Below, in pieces: positions 32,546-43,030 of a stretch of 64,000 nucleotides of DNA. This DNA comes from a virus (Duplodnaviria > Caudoviricetes). The stretch lies in the IMG/VR virus record IMGVR_UViG_3300028833_000066; one strand, 5' to 3'. Made by a program: the position numbers and the translations under genes. The notes beneath the pieces are model-generated. The model was not told the origin of the DNA, did not search any database, and saw only the letters and a list, made by a program, of their open reading frames with translations. Each line of letters starts with the position of its first letter. Position 1 is the first letter of the stretch.

Positions 32546-34513
32546 TTATACATTATATAAAGATTTTATTAAAGTAGCAAAACTAGTTACAAATTCAATA
32601 TGTAATTTCATTTTTCTTGCGATAGTGGTTGGGTAGCCTTTTCTACGAAACTATTTAGGATCATTTGGTATGTTAGCATTTTTTTCTAAACGTACTGAAG
32701 CGGCACTGCTAGCAATTCCACTTTCTTTTTCTACATGATTTTGTAATGCTTGTGTTATATGTTCTTTAGTCATCTATAATATAAATGATAAAGGATAATA
32801 TTCTTGATTTAGAGCAAATAAATGAAGACGGTGTGTATCATTTGTTCTACTTGTCATTCGATTAATTTTCATTTTAATTGCACTTTCCCAAATTAAGACC
32901 TAATCATCAAATAAAAAAATTGATAAAAATGCACTTAAATAAATTAATAAATTATCTTCTAAACCTTGTGCTATTAACGTATCAAGTGTATTTGCCAAGA
33001 ACCAAGCTAAATCATTCATATTACTTGTCATACTAGTAGAATTAGGTGTTAATGTATTAGTATCTAAAGCCGTAACAATAGTACTAATTTTCTTTAACTA
33101 GTCTATTAAATTAGGGCCTAAAGATCCACCACCAAATGCAGATGAACTGCCACTCTATACCCTTTCATATGCTTTTGTAGATTCTTCAATAACAAACCAT
33201 TGTTTAACATCCTATTGGTGATTATTGAAATATTGAGATATTTTTTTTTCTAAGCCACGTAATTCACTCGCTCTATTTTTATAGTAGTCATATGTATTAG
33301 TTTTATCTAATGTATTACTATATTCTTCTAAAAATTCTTTCATTTTATTTTGGTATCTTTTAGGAATCTATGTTTGTAACCGCTAAACTGTTTTTTGTGC
33401 TTTTAAAAAGACATGCCCAATTAAAACGTCTGGTTTTCCACCTTTAGAACCAAGAACTTTTGCCGCGGCCGCACTAGCTAATTTACTATGCATTAATGCG
33501 CCCTATATTTCAGAAAATACATCTTGTCTAGAAAAATCTGCTTCTGCTTTTATTAATGCAACACTAGTTGTAATAATATTAGTAATTTGATCGTCGCTAC
33601 TTAAAGAATACTACTCAATTTTTTCTTTTGCGTGCGATAATTTATTTTTTAAATTCTATTCTTGTTCTTTTAATACTTCAATATCATGTGCTTTCCAAGG
33701 AAATCTTAGCTAAGTAATATTTAACTATTCTACTACATCCTATAATTCTTTTTCTAGCTAAGCTAAAGTATTAATTGAATGAAAAGAATTTACATCTTCT
33801 ATATAATTTGATAAATTGGCTATAAGATTTTTAGAATTACGTTCTGTAACATCAGTATGCAGTATCCATTCTTGTATCGCATTAAATATTATAGACTAAA
33901 TATACTCTGTTAATTCTAAATTATTATTTCTTAAATCTTCTATCTTCTATTTAATTGTTTCATTAACTTCTGGTCCATTTAAAGCGTCTATAATTTTCTA
34001 CTCCAATTCGTTAAAATCCACCTATTCTAGTGTATCTTTCATTATTCGTGACGATAATTGTTGTTGTTTATCACGCTAAACATGTAATGCTTGGCTTACG
34101 TCTTCTATAGAACCTACTATATTTTGCATATTTTGTAATTGATCTTTTCGCTCTCCTATAACTAGTTGAAATTGCTGCATAAAAATTTTCCAATTTTCTT
34201 CTTGTATATATGTTTTAAGTCGTGCTTGTTCATTTTTTGTTAAATCTTTATTTAATTGTTCTTGTAACATAACCATAAAACGAGCCTCTTTTCCTCGTTC
34301 AATAGTAATTGCTGCTTCTAAAAAAGCTAGAGCATTTGTTAAACGCTATGATTCCTATTCATTTGAAATATCAGTAAATTGAGTGCTAATGCTTTGAACA
34401 GATGCATTCGCATTTTTCCACATATTACTCCATAAATCATCTGCATATAAAGAAGATGTGCTATCTTTTAAATAAATATAATCTTTAAAATTATTTGGAT
34501 TGGGTTTAGCCAT
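32546..34513 (-). CDS. Large hypothetical protein, 655 aa, about 22 in-frame TAG
   Basis: Single frame from MAKPNPNNF to TAA, interrupted only by TAG in my reading. Confidence 0.75.
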
Positions 34514-34687
34514 TCTCTCACCCCCAAAACAAAAAGAAACCCGCTTTTCAGCGGGCTTCAAGATTTCTCAATTTTCTCTTCAACTTATTGATAATTCCTA
34601 TATTACCAATTTCATCGCGAGCCATTAGTAATTTAATTCTATATTCATACTTTAATTGTAGTAATTTTGTATTCATATTTTAATACC

Positions 34688-35323
34688 TCATTTCTTAATT
34701 AGTTCCCATTTATAGCCACCATATTCTTGCCCATTGATACAAGCATTAATAACTTTTTCTAGAAAAACATTTTTTCTTGGCTTATTACCAGGAAACTTAA
34801 TATCAAATAGCTGTAAATATTCTACGATTGCTCGTCCATTATATTTTAAATAAAGACGCTTATCTTTATACAGTTGTTCAAATATCTTTAGCTTATCATT
34901 AATATCTACTTCTTTTGAATAAAGAATCGCAAACTCATCTTCAATTTTTTCAATAGGTGTTTCTTCTACTACTTCAGTCGCCGCTGGCACAATATTAGTT
35001 TGTGTATATTGTGCATATTGATTATTTACTTCAATAGTGACCCAGCGTAGATTTTTAATTGAATTATCACGCTTATTACTATTAATATGGTCAACATTAT
35101 ACATAGCATTACGTTTGCCGCCCAGCCATGTATATGCGACGAGTCTATGTACCATCACAGCGCCTTTGTCTGTAAAGACAGTACAATAACCTCGTTCATT
35201 AATACGCGGATTAAGTATTTCTTTATTTTTAATTAATTTAACTCGCCCGCAAGTTGACACGTATACACCATATTCTTTATTTTTTCGCCAGCGTTCAATT
35301 GTTAGATGAATTTTTGGTAACAT
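34688..35323 (-). CDS. HNH endonuclease
   Basis: VHRLVA, VDHINSNKRDNSIKNLRWVT. Confidence 0.85.
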   Translation of the reverse strand: MLPKIHLTIERWRKNKEYGVYVSTCGRVKLIKNKEILNPRINERGYCTVFTDKGAVMVHRLVAYTWLGGKRNAMYNVDHINSNKRDNSIKNLRWVTIEVNNQYAQYTQTNIVPAATEVVEETPIEKIEDEFAILYSKEVDINDKLKIFEQLYKDKRLYLKYNGRAIVEYLQLFDIKFPGNKPRKNVFLEKVINACINGQEYGGYKWELIKK

Positions 35324-35468
35324 CTTGAAGCTCCTTTAAATAATTGTAATAGTCGTCTGCCCAATATTCTATATCTTCTTCTCCATAATCAATTCCATAA
35401 GTACCTTCTTCATGGCCTCGTTGAATTGCTAATTCATAAGCTTCATCCCATAATGCTTCGTCAAACAT
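35295..35468 (-). CDS. Small acidic protein
   Basis: GGAGG RBS and own promoter; MFDEALWDEAYE...EEDIEYWADDY. Confidence 0.55.
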   Translation of the reverse strand: MFDEALWDEAYELAIQRGHEEGTYGIDYGEEDIEYWADDYYNYLKELQDVTKNSSNN

Positions 35469-35541
35469 ATTTCCTCCTTTATTCTATAATTATTATATCA
35501 TAAATTAGAAAAAAGTCAAGGTTTTATCCTTGACTTACAAA

Positions 35542-36780
35542 TTAAACGTGATACTTTAGAAGAAAACTATTGCTTACAGCTTTAAAAGACTTAGAACCAT
35601 CAATAGAGCGGAATACAATACCTTCACGAGGCAAATTATCCAAACAAGATTTGCCTTCTGCATAAGCAAGAATAGCATCTACATTTTCAAATTGATTAAT
35701 TTTCATTTTACGATTAAGTACAGGTACGCATTCAATTCCATATGGATCTAGAATATCAATCATTTCAAGAGTTCCTACACGACCGCGAGATGAGAAAATT
35801 AGGTTAAATGCTAGAAAATCATGCTCACCGCAGAGAGAGTAATCTCGCTGCTGAATGCCGTCGCCAAAAGTTTCGCCTTGAATAGTAATCCATTCTTCAT
35901 TAGGATAAGCCGCCATCAAATTAGATAGCACTTTGAACATGTCATATTGCTTAGCCATTTCCCAATATACATTGGTATCATAATAGCATTCTTTGCTTTC
36001 TTCTCCAAAGCATACATTACGGGAACAAACATAGAAAGATTTGCGCCCAAATTTGCCACGCTTCATAGAGAAAGTAGTGCTAGTTCCATCAATCTTCTCG
36101 GTGGCAATCCAGTCACCATCATCATTTAGAATCCAAGGCATATTTTGCACTCGTTCCTCATCAGTCTTTTTTACCCAAGCCGGCCAGCCATTTTTCTTAT
36201 CCTTCTTTTTACCGAAGAAGAAGAACATTACTTTGCGGCCAAAATTACGTTTCATTATCCACTTAGCCCAAGATTTCTTGAAGATTTCAGGATGACGAGC
36301 GGCCATTTTTTTATACTTATCTACAGTAGGAGCTTTACGCTGGTTATCCTCTTCATCAGCGTAAGTAATACCAAGCTGCTTGGTTAGAAAACGAGATTCA
36401 TTTTCTATATTATGATTGTGCCCTTCATTATCTACGATATAAGGAGTATTATATCCTTCAATATGAAGTGCAGGAGCAATGTGCCAACCAAAATCTTCAG
36501 CGTGCATAAGCAAACCCTGTGAAATCGTTTTGCACATCTTCAAGGTTTTAACCTTGTAATTACGCTTTTCAAGAAATGCAAAGCACTCCTTATCAGAGGG
36601 TACGCGAGAGTCAATTTCAAAATAAATCGCGGGATCGCCAACTTTAAATTGGCCTTTCTGTACAATAACTCGCCATCCACCAACAATAGCATGCTCAACC
36701 CGATCATATCCGGGGATAGGTTCAATACCGTCAATAATTACCACGTAAGCGAGCTGCCGAATACCATCTTTATCAAGCAT
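35542..36780 (-). CDS. ATP-dependent RNA ligase (Rnl2/DRB0094-like)
   Basis: N-terminal OB-like domain, KTDEERVQN, TEKIDGTS, QGE, AFN, EGIV, FKAVSN. Confidence 0.88.
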   Translation of the reverse strand: MLDKDGIRQLAYVVIIDGIEPIPGYDRVEHAIVGGWRVIVQKGQFKVGDPAIYFEIDSRVPSDKECFAFLEKRNYKVKTLKMCKTISQGLLMHAEDFGWHIAPALHIEGYNTPYIVDNEGHNHNIENESRFLTKQLGITYADEEDNQRKAPTVDKYKKMAARHPEIFKKSWAKWIMKRNFGRKVMFFFFGKKKDKKNGWPAWVKKTDEERVQNMPWILNDDGDWIATEKIDGTSTTFSMKRGKFGRKSFYVCSRNVCFGEESKECYYDTNVYWEMAKQYDMFKVLSNLMAAYPNEEWITIQGETFGDGIQQRDYSLCGEHDFLAFNLIFSSRGRVGTLEMIDILDPYGIECVPVLNRKMKINQFENVDAILAYAEGKSCLDNLPREGIVFRSIDGSKSFKAVSNSFLLKYHV

Positions 36781-36827
36781 TTATATCACCCTTTCTTGTT
36801 ATATTATACTTTAATTTTTATAATAAG

Positions 36828-37037
36828 TCAAACATATATTCTTTTATAACTCCAACCTTCTATATCATCATCCCATACGAAGAAAATATGCCGTTTCCAA
36901 TCTAATCCTTCGCCGATAACGATGTAACCACTCTGCATCGGTTCACAATATTCAATACGTTTAAGTAGATGACAATCTAGTAAATAATCTGCGGCTTTAT
37001 CTCTTAGATAATCCTTATATTCGTTACTCATTACCAC
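36828..37037 (-). CDS. Hypothetical protein
   Basis: Packed ORF. Confidence 0.5.
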   Translation of the reverse strand: MVMSNEYKDYLRDKAADYLLDCHLLKRIEYCEPMQSGYIVIGEGLDWKRHIFFVWDDDIEGWSYKRIYV

Positions 37038-37297
37038 AAATCCTCACTATATAATTCACTAGTTACTAATTTAAAATCTGATACTTGACGGCATCGTTTA
37101 GCTTCTTTCATGGCGTCTAAACGACTCATATATTCATCATGCTCATTTAAGAAACCTTGTCCTAATTCTTTAAAATCTTTGATAGTGTATCCAAAATCAT
37201 GTAAAATTTGAAAAGCATCACAATGTCGATGGCATGGGATAATAATTTCTTTTTGCTGTTTATTATCAAAGATTTTAACCGCTGCTTTTGTTACCAT
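37031..37297 (-). CDS. Hypothetical phage protein
   Basis: RH..., QGFL, LYSEDLW. Confidence 0.6.
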   Translation of the reverse strand: MVTKAAVKIFDNKQQKEIIIPCHRHCDAFQILHDFGYTIKDFKELGQGFLNEHDEYMSRLDAMKEAKRCRQVSDFKLVTSELYSEDLW

Positions 37298-37526
37298 CTG
37301 GAATCTTAGCCTCCGAACTCATTTGATAATGAAAGAACTCAGTATGACTTCCAACATCATAATGCCGCCAACCATCACTATCCCAAGTGCGAGTATAATA
37401 ACTCTTGTAATTATGTTCATCAAGAAACTTCTTGATAACAATAGCAACATCAATCTTGTTGGCACAATCAGCGATAGGACGCCATATACCACGACTATTC
37501 TCAAAATACAGAGTCATATTCATCAT
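37275..37526 (-). CDS. Hypothetical phage protein
   Basis: YYTRTW, DVGSHTEFF. Confidence 0.6.
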   Translation of the reverse strand: MMNMTLYFENSRGIWRPIADCANKIDVAIVIKKFLDEHNYKSYYTRTWDSDGWRHYDVGSHTEFFHYQMSSEAKIPDGNKSSG

Positions 37527-38374
37527 CCTTTCATCTTACAGTAATAAACAACAGTCTGTTTTACATCGTTGTATTCTTTGTGTTCTTTGACTTTCATACG
37601 CATTACACACTTAAAGCCAACTTCAAGATTCTTGGAAGCAGTAATCCAAACATATTCATTACCATCGCTGTCCTCCATAATATGGACGCGACTTTCGCCG
37701 AAGCGACCATCAACAGGAACGTTCTTTTTAATGGTTACTTCACGTTCAAGCCAATCACCTACTTCGCCCTGATATTCACTCTTACTCAGATCATCAAGCA
37801 GTTCATGAACGATTTTGCGAACCTCAGCTTCATCCCGCATAGTAAGGTCTTCTGGGTCGTCGGAATTGTGAATATCTTCCCACTTGAGGACAATAGGAGT
37901 AATTTCAGCGGGAAGATTAACAATTTCAAGCTTAGAAGGGCAGAACCAGCCGAACAGAAGGTTGAACCGAGCACGGCAGGGATTGGTTTCGTGAGCCCAA
38001 TCATTAAGAATGGTGCTATCACCCTTGAAAAGAGTGATGAAACCAGCCTCACCAAAACCAAAGGCGTTGCGAGCGGCAAACTTTACACGCCGTTCTTCAA
38101 CTTTTACTGCTTTGGCCGCAGCACGTTTTTCAGCCGCACGATCAAGAGCTTCACGCTGCTTGTCGGTATACCAACGGACTTCCTTGATTTCATAGCCGCG
38201 GCCGCCGCAAGCAAAGCAACGAGTACCGTCCATTGGGTTATAGGAGTAATGACCGGAGCCGCCGCATCGAGGACACAGACCTTTAACCCGCACATAAAGC
38301 TTTTTAGCATCGCCCTCGTGAGTGTAAGGCTCACCCATAATTTCCATATTCTCATAAGATTTAGCGACCGCCAT
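37523..38374 (-). CDS. Zn-finger plus OB-fold-like hypothetical protein
   Basis: CPRCGGSG..CFACGG; C-terminal KVKEHKEYNDVKQT. Confidence 0.65.
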   Translation of the reverse strand: MAVAKSYENMEIMGEPYTHEGDAKKLYVRVKGLCPRCGGSGHYSYNPMDGTRCFACGGRGYEIKEVRWYTDKQREALDRAAEKRAAAKAVKVEERRVKFAARNAFGFGEAGFITLFKGDSTILNDWAHETNPCRARFNLLFGWFCPSKLEIVNLPAEITPIVLKWEDIHNSDDPEDLTMRDEAEVRKIVHELLDDLSKSEYQGEVGDWLEREVTIKKNVPVDGRFGESRVHIMEDSDGNEYVWITASKNLEVGFKCVMRMKVKEHKEYNDVKQTVVYYCKMKG

Positions 38375-38452
38375 TTTATAATCTCCCCTTTCCTCTTTAC
38401 ATATATATTATACTATAAATTTAAAAAAAGTCAAGAATTTCTTCTTGACTTT

Positions 38453-39049
38453 TTAGGAGGTGAAATTTTTATGATGGTCATTATTTAACATAACCGGTAA
38501 TTGACCTAATTGGTTCCAACGATTATGAATATCTACAATAATTGTATCTATATTTACAGGATAACAATTATGTGAATCTAAACCAACATGATAAATAAAG
38601 GGATTGTCTGGAAATAACCAATTGGAGGTTTGATGAGTGTGCCCATGTAATGAAATGATATGTTGAGAAAAATGTTTATCATCAAAATTAGCAGTAAGAA
38701 CTGGGTAGTGGCAACAAAAAAATTTTAGTTTGCCGAACTTTATAAGTTCGCTGGTTTGTTTAATATTAGTTACCTTCCCAGTTGCGTAGATGTCGCTAAG
38801 TTTGTTATCTGTATCGTGATTGCCTTGAATTAAATGGATAGTCCCATTAAGTCGTTTGAGAATATTAACATCATAATTTCCCATTAATACGTCGCCCAGA
38901 TGATAAACAATGTCATTTTCTTTAACCACTTCATTCCATCGTTCTACTAGCGCTTCATTCATTTCGTCTGCGGAAGTAAAACTGCGAGGTTCGTAAAGGA
39001 ATGATTGTTCATGAAAGAAATGTGTATCACTAGTGAAGAAAATATTCAT
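38453..39049 (-). CDS. Calcineurin-like metallophosphoesterase
   Basis: SDTHF, HLGD, GNHD, HYP, HGHTH. Confidence 0.9.
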   Translation of the reverse strand: MNIFFTSDTHFFHEQSFLYEPRSFTSADEMNEALVERWNEVVKENDIVYHLGDVLMGNYDVNILKRLNGTIHLIQGNHDTDNKLSDIYATGKVTNIKQTSELIKFGKLKFFCCHYPVLTANFDDKHFSQHIISLHGHTHQTSNWLFPDNPFIYHVGLDSHNCYPVNIDTIIVDIHNRWNQLGQLPVMLNNDHHKNFTS

Positions 39050-39531
39050 TTTGGTTCACCATTAATCCACCAAACACCAACGGCTCGGGGATCTTCCAGT
39101 TTATACGCATCATTTACTGGCGGACAAAATTTATCATACATTTCTTTCACAATTTTTTCTGGCACACGAGCGCGGCCAGTGCGTTTATTATTACGATAGA
39201 GGCACGTCTGAAGAGAAGGAGAACATACTACATAAACAATGCGATAATCAGTAATATACTTATCAATAGCATTTGTAAGCTTCTTACGTGACCATGTATT
39301 AAGATGAGTAGCATCTGCTACTACCGTATCAAAATAACGTAAATGATGCACCAAAGTATTTACAAATTCTTTAAATACCTCCGGTTCATGGTCAAAATAA
39401 TTATCATCATCATCAAGCATCATAAAGCGAATATTATCACGGGATACAGTGACATCGGCATGAAGAAAATTATGAGCAAAATAAGTTTTTCCAGAGCCAG
39501 GAATACCGCACATGATATATAGAGTAGACAT
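39046..39531 (-). CDS. Polynucleotide kinase-like P-loop protein (AAA_33)
   Basis: MCGIPGSGKT, SRDNIR, DATHL, RNNKR..RARVP; start reassigned to 39531. Confidence 0.85.
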   Translation of the reverse strand: MSTLYIMCGIPGSGKTYFAHNFLHADVTVSRDNIRFMMLDDDDNYFDHEPEVFKEFVNTLVHHLRYFDTVVADATHLNTWSRKKLTNAIDKYITDYRIVYVVCSPSLQTCLYRNNKRTGRARVPEKIVKEMYDKFCPPVNDAYKLEDPRAVGVWWINGEPK

Positions 39532-40346
39532 TATATTCTCCTTAAAATAAATTGAGCATGGGTATGGTCTGTGGTAGGTAAGATAATATCTTTCCACTTT
39601 TCCGCGTAATATGGTAATAGATAATGAGTTTCAAATAAAATTTGATAATAAGGACCAGTTAATTGGAACAAATCAAACAAAGTCCATGAGAAATAATCTT
39701 CTTTCAACTCTCGCTCCCAATCATTATCTTTCCATTGATATTTCATTAAAAAATGAAGAAATCCTTTTTTCGTGAGAATTGAAGTATCATTGGCTGTTTC
39801 AAATTCTTCAATATATTGTTCATCAATATTGAATTTTTTAATAATGTCAGTCATACTTTTATAAGTAAACTTACAGTCTGGGCCATCAAAATACATATCA
39901 CGAATGGTAATGTATTTAGGTTTAAGCTCAGTAATGAGTTGCTTAATTGTTTCCTTTCCTTCAGGTGAAGAAGAAAATACTTCATGCAGTACGCAAGAAA
40001 AATTAATACAAATCTCATAATTACAAAATGTATACTTAGCCATACGAAGCATATCAGTGAATGAATCTTCAGTAAATTCAGAGGTACGATGTGTGCGGAA
40101 AAATTTAATATTGTTATGTTTAAGCAAATTTTCATTATGAGCTTTCCACGCCATATCAATTAATTCATCGTTAATATCAAAACCCCAAAATTCAATTTCA
40201 GGAAACATAACAGAGAGTGTTCGGATCATTGCTCCATCTGCGCAGCCAAAATCAATTACACATTTCGCGCCAATAATCTTATCCATGAAAAACGCTTTGT
40301 CTCACATTGATTTTGCCATTTCTTGAGTATATTTATTCAGATCCAT
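39531..40346 (-). CDS. Class I SAM-dependent methyltransferase, in-frame TGA at codon 15
   Basis: VIDFGCADG, GFDIN, SCVLHEV; RBS AAGGAG at the 40346 start; TGA at 40302. Confidence 0.7.
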
Positions 40347-40376
40347 TTTTGCTCTCCTTTCTTTTCTACAATTATA

Positions 40377-40655
40377 TTATACATCAATTTCGTCAGAAGT
40401 CAAATCTTCAAGTTCATAATCCATTTCTTCTTGTCGCCGTCTATCGGCGATAGATAAATTCTGTGCCCCATTATAAAAAGCGTAAGCACCTTTATTATTA
40501 CGCTTGCGGGCGCACATAGGGCAAGAACAGTGAATTTTATTCTTGCTATACTGATGTAAATTATCATAATAATCTGGATATAAGTTACGCTTACGAATAG
40601 CTTTTACCCAATCATTATGACGCTTTTCGGCAGTTTCACGCATAGTTATCACCAC
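40377..40655 (-). CDS. Hypothetical protein
   Basis: KIHCSCPMC. Confidence 0.55.
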   Translation of the reverse strand: MVITMRETAEKRHNDWVKAIRKRNLYPDYYDNLHQYSKNKIHCSCPMCARKRNNKGAYAFYNGAQNLSIADRRRQEEMDYELEDLTSDEIDV

Positions 40656-40667
40656 CTTATAAAAATA

Positions 40668-40753
40668 CGGACATGGTAGGATTTGAACCCACGGATGCTC
40701 ATCACATCAACGGTTTTCAGGACCGCCGCCTTAAGCCACTCGGCCACATGTCC
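40668..40753 (-). tRNA. tRNA-Ser(UGA), C at position 33
   Basis: Cloverleaf with long variable arm; anticodon loop CCTGAAA. Confidence 0.85.
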
Positions 40754-40757
40754 ATTT

Positions 40758-40832
40758 TGGCTGGGGATGATGGAATCGAACCATCACATTTGGAGTCAAA
40801 GTCCAATGCGCTTGCCGTTACGCTAATCCCCA
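40758..40832 (-). tRNA. tRNA-Gln(UUG)
   Basis: Loop CTTTGAC, U1-A72, encoded CCA. Confidence 0.93.
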
Positions 40833-40845
40833 TTAATACACTTTC

Positions 40846-41082
40846 TTAAAACTGAAAGCGTTTAGCTCCATCTGGATAGTATCCGCCGCTAGTTAGATTC
40901 ACAAGATATGTATCAAGTGGGTGTTCAGTAGTAAAATAAAATACTCCAAGTACACTTTTAGCATTAACTCTATACATACCATCTTCACTCTCAAGAATAA
41001 ACTTATCAGTCCAAGTATTGAGAGCATTTACAAGCTGTACAACGTCATTCTGATTTAAAATACGAATGCGCATTCTATTCAT
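40846..41082 (-). CDS. HPr-like protein lacking His15
   Basis: RVNAKSVLGV (Ser46 motif); no GLHARP. Confidence 0.7.
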   Translation of the reverse strand: MNRMRIRILNQNDVVQLVNALNTWTDKFILESEDGMYRVNAKSVLGVFYFTTEHPLDTYLVNLTSGGYYPDGAKRFQF

Positions 41083-41094
41083 CGTAATTCTCCT

Positions 41095-41370
41095 TTATAG
41101 CCAACATTTATACGGCTTTGTCTCGCAAGTAATAGTAATCGGTCTATTGTATTCTACCCACCACGGTACTTCTTCGTGTATAGGTGTAGTAGTTGGCGGA
41201 TATGGTACTGTTAGTGGAGTTGGTGCAGTAGTATCTGGTGATACAATAACTGGCACCGTTTTACCAGTACAATTTACACAGCTACGCACAAACGGAGCCA
41301 TTACAGCCCCACACTATGGGCAACGCCAGCCTTCAAGCATGTTTACAATTTCTTTCTTTTCGTTATCCAA
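41095..41370 (-). CDS. Zn-ribbon hypothetical protein (1 in-frame TAG)
   Basis: EGWRCP*CGAVMAP...CVNC. Confidence 0.6.
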
Positions 41371-41389
41371 ATTAATCGTCTCCTTAAAG

Positions 41390-41477
41390 CGCAGATGGAA
41401 GGATTTGAACCTTCGGTACGCTCATCACGTACAACTTCTTAGCAGGAAGCCGCTTTAAACCACTCAGCCACATCTGC
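41390..41477 (-). tRNA. tRNA-Ser(GCU)
   Basis: Loop CTGCTAA, long variable arm. Confidence 0.92.
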
Positions 41478-42113
41478 ATACTCAGGCCACACTCGGGTGG
41501 TCTGTACTTAGACTATTTACCTTCGGCCTTGCCGCTCAAACATTCCCACCGCTCGCGTCCTCAATAGTCCTAGGTAGATAAACATCTACTCATTATAATA
41601 TCAATAGGATTTGTTTTGCCGCGTACGATCGGCTGGCCGAGTATTAAGTCTAATAGCCGCTCAAGACTCCTATTGATTTTTAATAAAGGCTCAAAGTACT
41701 TACTTCTTCGTTCGTGAAGAGGCCATTAGGCGAGCCTTTGTATGCCCCGAAGGTACGCTTGCTCGTCAGCAGAGGCGTCGGCAGCTCATATATTGTGGCG
41801 TAAAACCCCTAACTAGCCATCATCGCGTCCAGCTGGACCACATGTTTTCTGCCTTGAACCCGTGCTTTCAGGTAGGCAAGGATTATAATCTTGTTTAGGG
41901 AACATCCCATGGTCAAGAGAAACCATAGATGGAGAATCATAATCTAGAAGACAGTACCCTTACGGCGTGCTGTTGATTCTCCTTCTGGTGGACCCGGGGC
42001 ATTTCACCCAGCCCATAGACGGTTTTTAGACTCGCTGGTCATGGCTTACCGAGGTACTGACGGCCGATCGCCCTCTGTCGCGCCAAGACTGTGCTCATTA
42101 AACACAACCCTAA

Positions 42114-42187
42114 TGGAGCGCCATAACAGACTTGAACTGTCACCGACTGCTTGGAAGGCAGCCGTGCTACCATTACACCAATGGCGC
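42114..42187 (-). tRNA. tRNA-Gly(UCC)
   Basis: Loop CTTCCAA, CCA. Confidence 0.93.
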
Positions 42188-42260
42188 CGGCGTGGCTTCA
42201 CGTCACCACAACGACACATGGGTTCTTGCGCTGGCTAACCTCTTTTGTTCTAAAAGCCAC

Positions 42261-42347
42261 TGGTGCCCTCGGTGAGATTTGCACTCACGTTGTATCATTG
42301 TAGTAGTTTTTGAGACTACCCCGTCTCACTAGCTGCGGCACAAGGGC
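42261..42347 (-). tRNA. tRNA-Leu(CAA)
   Basis: Loop CTCAAAA, long variable arm, CCA. Confidence 0.88.
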
Positions 42348-42392
42348 ATAATGCGGCGGAAAGGAGACGCCGCGTAGAAAAAAGAAAAATAG

Positions 42393-42803
42393 TGGTGCGG
42401 GTAGCCGGACTTGAACCGGCACGCCCAGAGGGCAACAGATTTTCTTACTACTCTATGTTACCATAGCCGCTTTCGCGTTGTAGTCTGGGCTATGTCTTCA
42501 CCTTATCTTACGACTTAGGTGGCTGGTATATAGTCTCTACACATTTATAAATATGCGACGTGCCGAGGTACTGCCCCTCTATTTTTGTATTACTTACTTA
42601 CATATACCTATCTGCAGTTTATATGTTTTCAGAGATAAGTTATTATCTGCTATCTTATACTAGACACGCCATATTTAATTTAGCTCGGCGTTATCCCATA
42701 AGGACTTTCACCGAATTAGCCAGCATTCACTCAGAAAGTTTCCTATTCTGGTGCTCTTTGTTTTACAAAAGTCTGTGGCGTCTGCCTATTCCGCCATACC
42801 CGC
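42393..42803 (-). tRNA. tRNA-Leu(UAA) split by a group I intron (exons 42769-42803 and 42393-42443)
   Basis: Joined exons give ACAGA-CTT^AAAA-TCTGT, Leu-type D arm, long variable arm, CCA. Confidence 0.9.
42444..42768 (-). mobile_element. Group I intron in tRNA-Leu(UAA)
   Basis: P AATTCGGTGAAA, Q AACGCCGAGC, R GTAGAGACTA, S AAGACATAGCCC; exon ends in U, intron ends in G. Confidence 0.9.
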
Positions 42804-42823
42804 ATATACGGCTTTCGCCGCAA

Positions 42824-43030
42824 TTACTCTTCAGTCAGTCCTTCAATAGCTGCCTCAGCCCATACAACATCTTCCCACTTTTCAATGGTGACTTCATATA
42901 CGTTCTTTGCGCCGTAATAATCGCGTACTTTATTTACTGCTTTACCCCAAGACTTTGCGGCAACAAGACCAGTTTCATCTAGCACTTTATCTTCAACATC
43001 ATCCCAATAATGAACCTTATACTTAAACAT
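42824..43030 (-). CDS. Hypothetical protein
   Basis: Packed ORF with RBS. Confidence 0.55.
   Translation of the reverse strand: MFKYKVHYWDDVEDKVLDETGLVAAKSWGKAVNKVRDYYGAKNVYEVTIEKWEDVVWAEAAIEGLTEE

Noticed and set aside
41986-42112. Full tmRNA ending in GGGTCCACCA
   Set aside because: No matching 5' acceptor strand, and there is not enough room before tRNA-Gly.
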